A program made the position numbers and the translations under genes. The notes below the pieces were generated by a model that searched no databases, was not told where the DNA came from, and worked only from the letters and a program-made list of their open reading frames with translations. From Macrostomum lignano (lineage: Eukaryota), in assembly GCA_002269645.1 (NCBI GenBank), contig NIVC01001200.1:1-64000 (forward strand): a stretch of 64,000 nucleotides of DNA. Reading direction: 5' to 3'. Of the stretch, positions 26,255 to 39,189 are shown piece by piece (positions within the stretch are counted from its first letter, which is position 1; every line of letters starts with the position of its first letter).

Positions 26255-29182
26255 ACCTGAACAGATAAGATCCCTCCCTGATCAGATGAGATCCCTACCT
26301 GAGCAGATGAGATCCCTCCCTGATCAGATGAGATCCCTACCTGAGCAGATGAGATCTCTCCCTGAGCAGATGGATCCCTACCTGAGCAGATGGTTCTTTA
26401 CCTGAGCAGATGGGATCCCTCCCTGAGTAGATGACATCCTTCCCTGATCAGATGAGATCCCTCCCTGATCAGATGAGATCCCTCCCTGATCAGATGAGAT
26501 CCCTCCCTGATCAGATAAGATCCCTACCTAAGCAGATGGGATTCCTCCCTGAGCAGATGAAATCCTTCCCTGATCAGATGAGATCCCTCCCTGATCAGAT
26601 GAGATCCCTCCCTGATCAGATGCGATCCCTCCCTGACCAGATGAGATCCCTACGGGAGCATATGAGATCCCTCGTGATCAGATGATATTCCTCCTGATCA
26701 GATAAGATCCCTCCCTGATCAGATAAGATCCCTCCTTGATCAGATGAGATCCCTCCAGGAGCAGATGAGATCCCTCCCTGATCAGATAAGATCCCTCCTT
26801 GATCAGATGAGATCCCTCCAGGAGATGAGATCCCCACCTGATCAGATGAGATCCCTCCCTGAGCAGATGGATCCTTACCTGAACAGATGAGATCCCTACC
26901 TGAGCAGATAAGATCCCTCCCTGATCAGATAAGATCCCTCCCTGATCAGATAAGATCCCTCCCTGATCAGATAAGATCCCTCCCTGATCAGATGAGATCC
27001 CTCCCTGATCAGATAAGATCCCTCCTTGATCAGATGAGATCCCTCCTTGATCAGATGAGATCCCTACCTGATCAGATGAGATCCCTCCAGGAGCAGATGA
27101 GATCCCCACCTGATCAGATAAGATCCCTCCCTGATCAGATGAGATCCCTCCCTGATCAGATGAGATCCCTCCTTGATCAGATGAGATCCCTCCAGGAGAT
27201 GAGATCCCCACCTGATCAGATGAGATCCCTCCCTGAGCAGATGGATCCTTACCTGAACAGATGAGATCCCTACCTGAGCAGATAAGATCCCTCCCTGATC
27301 AGATGAGATCCCTCCCTGACCAGATAAGATCCCTCCCTGATCAGATAAGATCCCTCCCTGATCAGATGAGATCCCTCCCTGATCAGATAAGATCCCTCCT
27401 TGATCAGATGAGATCCCTCCTTGATCAGATGAGATCCCTACCTGATCAGATGAGATCCCTCCAGGAGCAGATGAGATCCCCACCTGATCAGATAAGATCC
27501 CTCCCTGATCAGATGAGATCCCTCCCTGATCAGATGAGATCCCTCCTTGATCAGATGAGATCCCTCCAGGAGATGAGATCCCCACCTGATCAGATGTGAT
27601 CCCTACCTGATCAGATAAGATCCCTCCCTGATCAGATGAGATCCCTCCCTGAGCAGATGGATCCTTACCTGAACAGATGAGATCCCTACCTGATCAGATA
27701 AGATCCCTACCTGAGCAGATGGGATTCCTCCCTGAGCAGATGAAATCCCTCCCTGATCAGATAAGATCCCTCCCTGATCAGATAAGATCCCTACCTGAGC
27801 AGATGGGATTCCTCCCTGAGCAGATGAAATCCCTCCCTGATCAGATAAGATCCCTCCCTGATCAGATAAGATCCCTCCTTGATCAGATGAGATCCCTCCA
27901 GGAGCAGATGAGATCCCTACCTGATCAGATGAGATCCCTCCAGGAGCAGATGAGATCCCTACCTGATCAGATGAGATCCCTCGTGATCAGATGATATATT
28001 CCTCCTGATCAGATGAGATCCCTACCTGATCAGATGAGATCCCTCGTGATCAGATGATATATTCCTCCTGATCAGATGAGATCCCTACCTGATCAGATAA
28101 GATCCCTCCCTGATCAGATGAGATCCCTCCAGGAGCAGATGAGATCCCTCCCTGATCAGATGAGATCCCTCCAGGAGCAGATGAGATCCCTACCTGATCA
28201 GATGAGATCCCTACCTGATCAGATAAGATCCCTCCTTGATCAGATAAGATCCCTCCCTGATCAGATGAGATTCCTCCAGGAGCAGATGAGATCCCTCCCT
28301 GATCAGATGAGATCCCTCCAGGAGCAGATGAGATCCCTACCTGATCAGATGAGATCCCTACCTGATCAGATAAGATCCCTCCTTGATCAGATAAGATCCC
28401 TCCTTGATCAGATAAGATCCCTCCTTGATCAGATGAGATCCCTCCAGGAGCAGATGAGATCCCTACCTGATCAGATGAGATCCCTCCAGGAGCAGATGAG
28501 ATCCCTACCTGATCAGATGAGATCCCTCGTGATCAGATGATATATTCCTCCTGATCAGATGAGATCCCTACCTGATCAGATGAGATCCCTCGTGATCAGA
28601 TGATATATTCCTCCTGATCAGATGAGATCCCTACCTGATCAGATGAGATCCCTCGTGATCAGATGATATATTCCTCCTGATCAGATAAGATCCCTACCTG
28701 ATCAGATAAGATCCCTCCCTGATCAGATAAGATCCCTCCCTGATCAGATAAGATCCCTCCTTGATCAGATAAGATCCCTCCTTGATCAGATGAGATCCCT
28801 CCCTGATCAGATGAGATCCCTCCCTGATCAGATGAGATCCCTCCCTGATCAGATGAGATCCCTCCCTGATCAGATGAGATCCCTCCCTGATCAGATGCGA
28901 TCCCTCCCTGACCAGATGAGATCCCTACGGGAGCAGATGAGATCCCTCCTTGATCAGATAAGATCCCTCCAGGAGCAGATGAGATCCCCACCTGATCAGA
29001 TGAGATCCATACGGGAGCAGATGAGATCCCTCGTGATCAGATGATATTCCTCCTGAGCAGATAAGATCCCCACCTGATCAGATGATATTCCTCCTGAGCA
29101 GATAAGATCCCCACCTGATCAGATGATATTCCTCCTGAGCAGATAAGATCCCCACCTGATCAGATGGGATCCCTACCTGAGC
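26255..29182. repeat. 21-bp minisatellite (CCTGATCAGATGAGATCCCTC), ~140 copies with larger duplicated blocks
   Basis: Direct. Confidence 0.97.
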
Positions 29183-29907
29183 AGGTCAGTAAAGTACTCG
29201 CCGTCACTCTTGCCCAGCAGAGCTCAGTGCTATAAAAAGATGAGTTGCCTAGCTAAGCGGATCCCGAGACAGCAGTCGAGTCAATTAGGATGGGATATTA
29301 ACTCGAACCCTCGCTCGGGCAGCTCGCGCACGGACTGGGGATCGAGCCCAAGAAGTTCTCCGTCTGTCCAGCGAGAATGGGGCGGCAGATTTTGCGAATT
29401 TCACCCCAGCTCAGCTGAGGGAAGGGCGGGAGCGGACGGGGACAGTGAGGGAAGGAGGAGCTGAGACGGGCGGCCCGCATCCCCAGCGAGAGCTGCATGA
29501 TGGCAAATTTCGAGGATCAGAACAAGTAGAGGACGGAGAATGCGAGTAGCCAGAAGAGAGGCTGGGAGGCCCCCCCCCGAGTCCGGATGAAGAGATGGAC
29601 CGGCGGGACCGGAGCAGGGGAAGCGCTGAAATCAAGGTGGGGAGGCGGCCCAGGCACCGGGGCATCAGGAGAAAGTGGAGAAGGCGGGCTGGGTAAAAAG
29701 CGAGGATCTGGGGGGAGGGCGAATCGATGGCGGTCGAGTCCAAGGGAGAATTGAGAGAAATTGCTGGGAAGAATTGAGACAGGAATTAGAAGACTGAGAG
29801 GATGAGATGGAAGTCGATGGAAAAGCAGACAGTGAGATGATCAGAAAAGAGAAAAGTGGAGTGAGAAGCAGACAGGAGACCCAAGTTGGAGATCAAGCCG
29901 CACACCA

Positions 29908-30352
29908 ACTGACGGGGGGCAGCTCAGCAAGTGACGGGGGCAGCTCAGCAACTGACGGGGGCAGCTCAGCAACTGACGGGGGCAGCTCAGCAACTGACGG
30001 GGGCAGCTCAGCAACTGACGGGGGCAGCTCAGCAACTGACGGGGGCAGCTCAGCAACTGACGGGGGCAGCTCAGCAACTGACGGGGGGCAGCTCAGCAAC
30101 TGAGACAAACGGGGGCAGCTCAGCAACTGAGACAAACGGGGGGCAGCTCAGCAACTGAGACAGACGGGGGCAGCTCAGCAACTGAGACAAACGGGGGGGG
30201 CAGCTCAGCAACTGACGGGGGCAGCTCAGCAACTGACGGGGGCAGCTCAGCAACTGACGGGGGCAGCTCAGCAACTGACGGGGGGCAGCTCAGCAACTGA
30301 GACAAACGGGGGCAGCTCAGCAACTGAGACAGACGGGGGGGGGCAGCTCAGC
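29908..30352. repeat. 21-bp minisatellite (CAGCAACTGACGGGGGCAGCT) with longer variants
   Basis: Direct. Confidence 0.95.
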
Positions 30353-30984
30353 AAAGTTTGGTGCAACTCGGCCGCATCTGTTTTTACAAAGCGAGAGGCC
30401 GATCCGAACTCAAAGACAGTCATTGAGTCCTCAATCAGCTCGCAGCCCCGCCCTCGGATATTCGGTCCTGGGAAGATGGGCCATCTGGATCCGAGACCGG
30501 GAATCCCTGTGTAGTTTCTGTACCCCCCAGAGCTTGCAGTGAATTTTAGCCGAGTAGATTCAGTGATCCCAACAACAGCAACAAAAATACTTTTAGTGCG
30601 ATTCCCACGAGGGACAATAATCAATAATTATGGTAATAATATCAGTAACTATTATGATAATAGCAGGTGTATCAAGTGCCGGTCAGTCATGCCGAGCTTC
30701 CACAAGACAATTAATATGGTAAACACTGTGTATTTGTATATTTATGCACTAAAACAATAAATATTGCACGCGCGGAGACAAGCAGAGAATTACTCGAAAG
30801 CAGGAAATCAGAACTCAAAATAATCACAGCAATATACAGAGAAATCCAGTTGGTGCTGCTGCAAGCGGCCTTCGGTGCCAGTCAACAGCAGCAACTGCCC
30901 GAACCTCAATAGGCCTGAAGGTAAACTTGTTGCTGTTTAAGATAGTCTGACTTCCATGGCGCCGGGAGCTCTGCGCATTCATTT

Positions 30985-31372
30985 GGGGACTCGTGCTCGT
31001 CCTTCCCACCGAGAGGCCAACCCCCCCCCCTTCCACAGAGAGTTGTACATGCGGGGGCTCGTGCTCGTCCTTCCCACCCGAGAGGCCAACCCCCCTTCCA
31101 CAGAGAGTTGTACATGCGGGGGCTCGTGCTCGTCCTTCCCACCCGAGAGGCCAACCCCCCTTCCACAGAGAGTTGTACATGCGGGGACTCGTGCTCGTCC
31201 CACCCGAGAGGCCAACCCCCCTTCCACAGAGAGTTGTACATGTGGGGACTCATGCTCGTCCTTCCCACCCGAGAGGCCAACCCCCCTTCCACAGAGAGTT
31301 GTACATGTGGGGACTCGTGCTCGTCCTTCCCACCCGAGAGGCCAACCCCCCCTTCCACAGAGAGTGTACATG
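30985..31372 (+). repeat. ~65-bp tandem repeat (~6 copies) whose right part is homologous to the SINE body
   Basis: Direct repeat. The last unit and its flank (31336-31405) align by eye with 62339-62410. Confidence 0.85.
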
Positions 31373-31854
31373 CCTTACAATTGGAAAGTCAGGGCGGCTG
31401 CACACCGGGGCCAACGCTGGTGCAGCTATAAAATTTGTCCGAACCGAGCTCGTCCGCCTCGGTCTCGAAGCAGCTCAGCCGGCAGTCGGAGCAGACGGTG
31501 AGAAAAACACAAAAAAGTCACAACAATTTTTACTGCACGCACGCGAAGACTCAGATTTGAGTTTTGTTCAACGGTTTCAACTTCGGAATGCGCTGTGAAA
31601 ATAATAAATAAACACCTGCGACAGGGCAGCGGGCGCCGATAACTGCTGGCCTCTCCGGCGAATGCCGGGCTCCGTTCCACCGGAAGCGGCCGGGCGGGGT
31701 GGGGATGATCTTATCAGCTGCTCACTGAGATATGAAAATCCGGCAAAGGCGACAGATGGGAAATTGTAGAAGTAGACATGATATAGTGAGAATCAGTATT
31801 GTGCATACTGTTATAATCTACTTTGAATAAGTACGAGCTAGATAGGATAGAGGG

Positions 31855-32580
31855 AGAAGCCAATGAAGAGTGAGATGTAGCTAAAATAGAGTGAGAAGTA
31901 GCTAAAATAGAGTGAGAAGTAGCTAAAATAGAGTGAGAAGTAGCTAAAATAGAGTGAGAAGTAGCTAAAATAGAGTGAGAAGTAGCTAAAGTAGAGTGAG
32001 AAGTAGCTAAAATAGAGTGAGAAGTAGCTAAAATAGAGTGAGAAGTAGCTAAAATAGAGTGAGAAGTAGCTAAAATAGAGTGAGAAGTAGCTAAAGTAGA
32101 GTGAGAAGTAGCTAAAGTAGAGGGAGAAGTAGCTAAAATAGAGTGAGAAGTAGCTAAAATAGAGTGAGAAGTAGCTAAAATAGAGTGAGAAGTAGCTAAA
32201 GTAGAGTGAGAAGTAGCTAAAGTAGAGTGAGAAGTAGCTAAAATAGAGTGAGAAGTAGCTACAATAGAGTGAGAAGTAGCTAAAATAGAGTGAGAAGTAG
32301 CTAAAATAGAGTGAGAAGTAGCTAAAATAGAGTGAGAAGTAGCTAAAATAGAGTGAGAAGTAGCTAAAATAGAGTGAGAAGTAGCTAAAGTAGAGTGAGA
32401 AGTAGCTAAAGTAGAGTGAGAAGTAGCTAAAATAGAGTGAGAAGTAGCTAAAATAGAGTGAGAAGTAGCTACAATAGAGTGAGAAGTAGCCAATAAACAG
32501 GGAGAAGTAGCCAATAAACAGGGAGAAGTAGCCAATAAACAGGGAGAAGTAGCCAATGAAGAGGGAGAAGTAGACAATGC
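31855..32580. repeat. 21-bp minisatellite (GAGTGAGAAGTAGCTAAAATA), ~34 copies, degenerating at both ends
   Basis: Direct. Confidence 0.95.
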
Positions 32581-33002
32581 AAAGTGAGAGTTAGGCAGAG
32601 CAGAGTAAGAAGTAGACAATGTGGACTGAGAAGTAGACGGTGCAGAGTGAGTGGCAGCCATCGAGCCAGCAGGAGCAAGAGCTACAATTAACAACACACC
32701 ACAGGGGCCAAGCGGAAGGCAGGCAGTCAGGGGGCATCTTAGTGCAGCAAAGCAGCAAAACAGTCGCAATGTGCACGAGCTGAAATCAAAGTTTTCGGCG
32801 CAAATGTGACGAACAGAGTACGGGGGGGGTGCGGTTGATTACAACACAGAACTGGTTTTGATTAGACATTTCGGTGAAATACCGCGGCACACGCGGAGCG
32901 GTCGCGACTTGCGAATAACTACTGGGAGAACACCGCGGCTGCACAGCGCGAGAAAGGGGAACACGAATTATGTTTCTAGAATAAAACCAACTGTTTTGGG
33001 CT

Positions 33003-33296
33003 TGTCGGTCACTCTGCAGAATCGGGGGGGGGCGCAGTCTATCGGTCACTCTGCAGAGTCGGGAGTGCAGTTTGTCGGTCACTCTGCAGAGTCGGGAGTG
33101 CAGTTTGTCGGTCACTCTGCAGAGTCGGGAGTGCAGTTTGTCGGTCACTCTGCAGAGTCGGGAGTGCAGTTTGTCGGTCACTCTGCAGTCGGGAGTGCAG
33201 TTTGTCGGTCACTCTGCAGAGTCGGGAGTGCAGTTTGTCGGTCACTCTGCAGAATCGGGGAGTGCAGTTTGTCGGTCACTCTGCAGAATCGGGGGA
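33003..33296. repeat. 33-bp minisatellite (GCAGTTTGTCGGTCACTCTGCAGAGTCGGGAGT), ~9 copies, immediately after the DGK stop codon
   Basis: Direct. Confidence 0.93.
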
Positions 33297-33297
33297 G

Positions 33298-33885
33298 TCA
33301 CTTGGAGAAGAGGCCCAGCAGGCCGCCCTTCTTGGCAGGCGGAGGCGCCATGATCATGGGCACCTGGTTCATGTGGGTGATGCTGATGGTGCAGGGCGCC
33401 TGAGACCAGGGCTCGCCGTCGATCTGCATGGGGAAGCGCCTCCTGGTGCGGATGACCACCTCGCTGCACTGCGCCAGCCGCTTGCCGGAGCTGCGCAGCC
33501 CCCCGGCCACCATGCCGGCGTGGACGGCGTTCTCCAGGCCGACAACTTCAATGAGCTGGTCGCCCATGTCCTGCACTGCGAACGCCAGCTCGTTGTTGCT
33601 AAGGGAAGCACTGGACAGCTCGCGGTCTCTGCTCCCGCTGGCTCCGCCGCTCGGCTTCCGCTTGCCGCCCTGCTGCCCCGACGCCGCTGCAGCCGCGGCA
33701 GCTGCCGCCGCGGCCGCCGAGCTTCGCTTTCGGTTGTTCTCCCACAGAGTGCGGCCGCCATACACGGAGTTGATGTTGAGCAGCGCCATGCCCTCCAGCG
33801 GCGTGCCCGAGCCCAGGTCCAGGGCGTAGCCGTCACAGATGATGTCCAGGCTCTCGTGCAGGTTCTTGCAGGACCCGCCCAGCAT
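33298..33885 (-). CDS. dgk: type I diacylglycerol kinase, exon 4 (accessory catalytic domain, stop)
   Basis: CAG acceptor at 33888-33886, phase 0. Motifs LEGMALLNINSVYGG, DQLIEVVGL, FPMQIDGEPWSQAPC. TGA at 33300-33298. Confidence 0.95.
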   Translation of the reverse strand: MLGGSCKNLHESLDIICDGYALDLGSGTPLEGMALLNINSVYGGRTLWENNRKRSSAAAAAAAAAAAASGQQGGKRKPSGGASGSRDRELSSASLSNNELAFAVQDMGDQLIEVVGLENAVHAGMVAGGLRSSGKRLAQCSEVVIRTRRRFPMQIDGEPWSQAPCTISITHMNQVPMIMAPPPAKKGGLLGLFSK

Positions 33886-33909
33886 CTGCGGGGATGTGGG
33901 TAGGAATTT

Positions 33910-34770
33910 TTGTGAATCACGGGGATCTTGGATTTATGTGAGTCATCGGGATTTGGGATCTACGAGTATGTGAATGACTTATAGGGATCTGGGATTCACG
34001 CAAAGCATGGGGATCTGGGATTCACACCAACCATGAGGATCTGGGATTCAAGCAAAGCATGGGGATCTGGAATTCACACCAACCATGGGGATCTGGGATT
34101 CACGCAATCCATGGGGATCTGGGATTCACGCAATCCATGGGGATCTGGGGTTCGCACCAACCATGGGGATCTGGGATTCACGGGATTCACACCAACCATG
34201 GGGATCTGGGATTCACGGGATTCACACCAACCATGGGGATCTGGGATTCACAGGATTCACACCAACCATGGGGATCTGGGATTCACGGGATTCACACCAA
34301 CCATGGGGATATGGGATTCACGGGATTCACACCAACCATGGGGATCTGGGATTCACGGGATTCACACCAACCATGGGGATCTGGGATTCACGGGATTCAC
34401 ACCAACCATGGGGATCTGGGATTCACGGGATTCACACCAACCATGGGGATCTGGGATTCACGGGATTCACACCAACCATGGGGATCTGGGATTCACGGGA
34501 TTCACACCAACCATGGGGATCTGGGATTCACGGGATTCACACCAACCATGGGGATCTGGGATTCACGGGATTTACACCAACCATGGGGATCTGTGATTCA
34601 CGGGATTCAAGACACCATGGGGATCTGGGATTCGCGGGATTCACACCAACCATGGGGATCTGGGATTCGCGGGATTCACACCAACCATGGGGATCTGGGA
34701 TTCACGGGATTCACACCAACCATGGGGATCTAAGATTCACGGGATTCAAAACAACCATGGGGATCTGGGC
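33910..34770. repeat. 35-bp minisatellite (TTCACACCAACCATGGGGATCTGGGATTCACGGGA) in DGK intron 3
   Basis: Direct. Confidence 0.93.
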
Positions 34771-35142
34771 TTCGCACCGAACTGGCGGCAAAGCCGGGGC
34801 CAACAAGGCTAAATTTCGATCCCTAAGCAACCGGCAGTCCCAGTTTCAGGACGGGATTTCGTGCCGAGGCGGCCGAGGGATTAAAAACTTTCTAAATTGG
34901 CTGGTTTCGCCAGCGAGCCCCCCCCCCAGCCCGGCAGTCCTTGTCAGCTCATAACTTTTAGATTAAATAAAGCATTGCAGCCCGAATTCCGGACAGGATC
35001 GGGCAAGAACTTTGCGGGGATAAATATCCCCTAAATATCCCCTACCTTCCTGACTGGCTTTCCTCTGTCTCTGGGGTTTCCAGCACCGGTCGAGGACTCT
35101 TCAATAAACCTGGATTGGATTCCTGAACTTGGGTTGCCTCAC

Positions 35143-36090
35143 AAACTAGAATACTCACAAACTAGAATATTCACAAACTAGAATATTCACAGAATAGAAT
35201 ATTCACAAACTAGAATATTCACAAACTAGAATACTCACAAACTAGAATATTCACAAACTAGTATATTCACAAATTAGAATATTCACAAACTAGAATATTC
35301 ACAGAATAGAATATTCACAAACTAGAATATTCACAAACTAGTATATTCACAAATTAGAATATTCACAAACTAGAATATTCACAAACTAGAACATTCACAA
35401 ACCAGAATATTCACAAACCAGAATATTCACAAACCAGAATATTCACAAACCAGAATATTCACAAACTAGAATATTCACAAACTAGAATATTCACAAACTA
35501 GAACATTCACAAACCAGAATATTCACAAACCAGAATATTCACAAACCAGAATATTCACAAACCAGAATATTCACAAACTAGAATACTCACAAACTAGAAT
35601 ATTCACAAACTAGAATACTCACAAACTAGAATATTCACAAATTAGAATATTCACAAACTAGAATATTCACAGAATAGAATATTCACAAACTAGAATATTC
35701 ACAAACTAGTATATTCACAAATTAGAATATTCACAAACTAGAATATTCACAAACTAGAACATTCACAAACCAGAATATTCACAAACCAGAATATTCACAA
35801 ACCAGAATATTCACAAACCAGAATATTCACAAACTAGAATACTCACAAACTAGAATATTCACAAACTAGAATACTCACAAACTAGAATATTCACAAACCA
35901 GAATATTCACAAACCAGAATATTCACAAACTGGAATAGTCACAAACTAGAATACTCACAAACTAGAATAGTCACAAACTAGAATATTCACAAACTAGAAT
36001 AGTCACAAACTAGAATATTCACAAACTAGAATATTCACAAACTGAATATTCACAAACTAGAATAGTCACAAACTAGAATAGTCACAAACT
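35143..36090. repeat. 16-bp minisatellite (GAATATTCACAAACTA) in DGK intron 3
   Basis: Direct. Confidence 0.95.
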
Positions 36091-36544
36091 TCTCCAACCC
36101 AGACCCCGCGTCCCCGTCCGGACCGGCAAAAAAACGCACGGAGCGAAAATGTCAGCCAAAAGTTCGCAGAAGCAGCAGCAGAAGAAGAAATCGAATAGCT
36201 CGAACTGCGACAGGGCAAGAAGCCGGAGACACCGGACCCCACCTGGGCTGCTGCAGGGGATAAAAATAGATCACACAGCAGCAGGCCTGCGGTAGATGCG
36301 GTGCTGCTATTTCTGAAGCCCCAGCCTCCGCCCACTCCGATAACTGGGGTTGGAATTCGGCCTCAGTAATAAAAGATGATAGAAAGCGCACAGGCAGATC
36401 ACAGCGGGGGGTCTCCCAGACCTGAAAGGATTCATTCTTCCATTGATGAGCAGGCAGCACTTGCTCTCTTCATAGCCACAGCCCCCACCCGCAATTCCTA
36501 TTCATAGCCCTTAATTCCTAAAGCCGGGCTAATCCGACTAGAAA

Positions 36545-36885
36545 TCCCCGAATCCCAGAGTCCCAGTCCCCGAATCCGAGAGACCCAGTCCCCGAATCCC
36601 AGAGTCCCAGTCCCCGAATCCCAGAGTCCCAGTTTCCAAATCCCAGAGTCCCAGTCCCCGAGACCCGGAGTCCCCAGTCCCCAAGTCCCCAAGTCCCAGT
36701 CCCCGAATCCCAGAGTCCCAGTCCCCGAGACCCGGAGTCCCCAGTCCCCAAGTCCCAGAGTCCCAGTCCCCGAATCCCAGAGTCCCAGTCCCCGAATCCC
36801 AGAGTCCCAGTCCCCGAATCCCAGAGTCCCAGTCCCCGAGACCCGGAGTCCCCGAGTCCCAGTCCCCGAGTCCCCGAATCCCAGC
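36545..36885. repeat. ~22-bp C-rich (sense-strand G-rich) minisatellite (CCCAGTCCCCGAATCCCAGAGT) in DGK intron 3
   Basis: Direct. Confidence 0.93.
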
Positions 36886-36897
36886 AAGCCTCCGCAC

Positions 36898-37826
36898 CTC
36901 GGTCGCGCCCATCTCCACATAGTAGGCCTTGTTCCGAAATCGCGATTTGAATTTCTCCGGGTGCTTCTCCCTCAACAGGTGCCACCGGTGCGCGATGGCC
37001 GCGTCCACCCCGATGCTGAAGTAGTTGTTGATGATGGTGGCGGGGATCTCGTCCCGGGCTGGCTCGACAGCCGCTGCCCCCGCCGGGTCCTCCGCGGCCG
37101 CCCCAGCGCCGCTGCCAGCCTCGCCAGCCTCGGCCGCGTCGCCGTGGTCCTCCGGCGCGGGCTCGGAGAAGTTGATCTTCCAGCGGTCCAGCAGCATCAC
37201 GCTGCCCTGGCTGATGCGGTGCAGAATTTTCTCCAGGCTCTCGTTCTCGTAGCCGCCGCCCCAGCGCAGGCACCGGGCCAGGTCATTCCCGGTGCCCAGG
37301 GGCAGCACGGCCACCGGCGGCCGGTTGTCGCCCCAGTCGAACTTGTCCATGGCCTCCAGCAGCCAGCCCGCCGTGCCGTCGCCGCCGCACACCAGGATGC
37401 GGAACTGCGGCAGCTCCCTGAAAAAGTTCAGCCCGATGTACGGCCCGCCGTCCTTCACCAGGTCGTACACCTGGCGCGGGTTCAGCAGGTACTGCATCTT
37501 GTGCAGAATGCGGACTCCCTGCTTGCCGCCAGACTTCGGGTTGATGAACACCAGCAGCGGCACGCAGCCGGAGGGCGGCACAATCTGGAAGCTGGAGGAC
37601 TGCTGATGAGGCGAGCAGGCCAGCTGGTCCAGCTGCGACCCGGCGGACTGGCTGTTGGGGAGGCTCTCGTTGGCTGCCGCCGCCGGCCTGCCGCGGTCCA
37701 GTACGGCGGGGAAGATCGCCGTGGGGGGCAGCACGTGCTCGCGGAGGGCGCCGAGGTCGCACTCGCTGGTCCACTGCTCCGCGCACTTGTTGTGCAGGCT
37801 GACCTTGCACCAGCGGCACTGCATGC
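36898..37826 (-). CDS. dgk: type I diacylglycerol kinase, exon 3 (end of C1b, catalytic domain)
   Basis: AG acceptor ending at 37827 (phase 1) and GT donor at 36897. Motifs [52 protein letters not shown]. Confidence 0.95.
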
Positions 37827-37832
37827 CTGCGG

Positions 37833-38580
37833 TGAGGTGGGTGCAGATCTAGCTGAGGTAGGTGCAGATCTAGCTGTGGTGGGTGCAGATCTAGCTGAGG
37901 TGGGTGCAGATCTAGCTGTGGTGGGTGCAGATCTAGCTGTGGTGGGTGCAGATCTAGCTGAGGTAGGTGCAGATCTAGCTGAGGTGGGTGCAGATCTAGC
38001 TGTGGTGGGTGCAGATCTAGCTGAGGTGGGTGCAGATCTAGCTGTGGTGGGTGCAGATCTAGCTGTGGTGGGTGCAGATCTAGCTGTGGTGGGTGCAGAT
38101 CTAGCTGTGGTGGGTGCAGATCTAGCTGTGGTGGGTGCAGATCTAGCTGAGGTGGGTGCAGATCTAGCTGTGGTGGGTGCAGATCTAGCTGAGGTAGGTG
38201 CAGATCTAGCTGAGGTGGGTGCAGATCTAGCTGAGGTGGGTGCAGATCTAGCTGAGGTGGGTGCAGATCTAGCTGAGGTGGATGAAGATCTAGCTGTGGT
38301 GGGTGCAGATCTAGCTGAGGTGGATGAAGATCTAGCTGAGGTGGGTGCAGATCTAGCTGAGGTGGATGCAGATCTAGCTTAGGTGGGTAGAGTGGGGTGC
38401 AAAGATCTAGCTGGGTGGGTAGAATGGGGTGCAAAGATCTAGCTGGGGTGGGTAGAGTGGGGTGCAAAGATCTAGCTGGGGTGGGTAGAGTGGGGTGCAA
38501 AGATCTAGCTGGGGTGGGTAGAGTGGGGTGCAAAGATCTAGCTGGGGTGGGTAGAGTGGGGTGCAAAGATCTAGCTGTGG
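37833..38580. repeat. 21-bp minisatellite (GTGGGTGCAGATCTAGCTGAG) grading into a related 33-bp unit, filling DGK intron 2
   Basis: Direct. Confidence 0.95.
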
Positions 38581-38622
38581 GTAGAGCAGTTGAGCAGACC
38601 GGGTTGCTAATCAATCTCTCAC

Positions 38623-39043
38623 CTGTGATGCCGGACTTGATGGACTTGCGGCACTTGGCGCACTTTTCCACGCAGTTGCCCTCAGTCCAGTGGTGCTGCA
38701 TGCTCTGCTGCGCCCCTGGCGCCGGCCGCTTGGACTTGGTGTAGGTGAAGATGCACGAGGCGGGGGCGCGGCTCACGCACTTGGCGTGCACGGTGTACTT
38801 GCAAAACACGCAGCCCAGGCCCTGCTTGCCCAGGCCGACCAGCTGCTTCATGCAGATGTTGCAGTGCCGGCCCTTGGCGAAGTGCTTCAGCCGCCACACG
38901 TGGCTGCCGTCGTCCTTCACGGTGGTGTCGAGGCCGAGCAGCACCAGCAGCGGGATGGTCGTCAGGCCGCCTCGCTTCCACTCGTCCAGGCTGACCGTGC
39001 CGTCAGCGTCGAAGTCCAGATCCGTCATCATGGACTTCAGAAT
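38623..39043 (-). CDS. dgk: type I diacylglycerol kinase, exon 2 (EF-hand 2, C1a, start of C1b)
   Basis: CAG acceptor 39046-39044 and GTGAGA donor at 38622. Motifs [21 protein letters not shown]...CNIC...[20 protein letters not shown]. Confidence 0.95.
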
Positions 39044-39189
39044 CTGGCCGGGTGCACACGGGTGGGATGTTAGAAGCTCGTCATAGTTGGCTGACTCAAT
39101 AAACCGAATTTGCATTCGATGCGAGAAATTCGTGCAAAAGCAGAAATTGAAGCCGACATGCTGGCGGCTGCCCGTGCCGCTTTTGCGAA

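Noticed and set aside
37833-38380. In-frame 7-aa repeat insertion into DGK through alternative acceptors in the 21-bp array
   Set aside because: The last unit before the true acceptor adds 22 or 26 nt, which shifts the frame.
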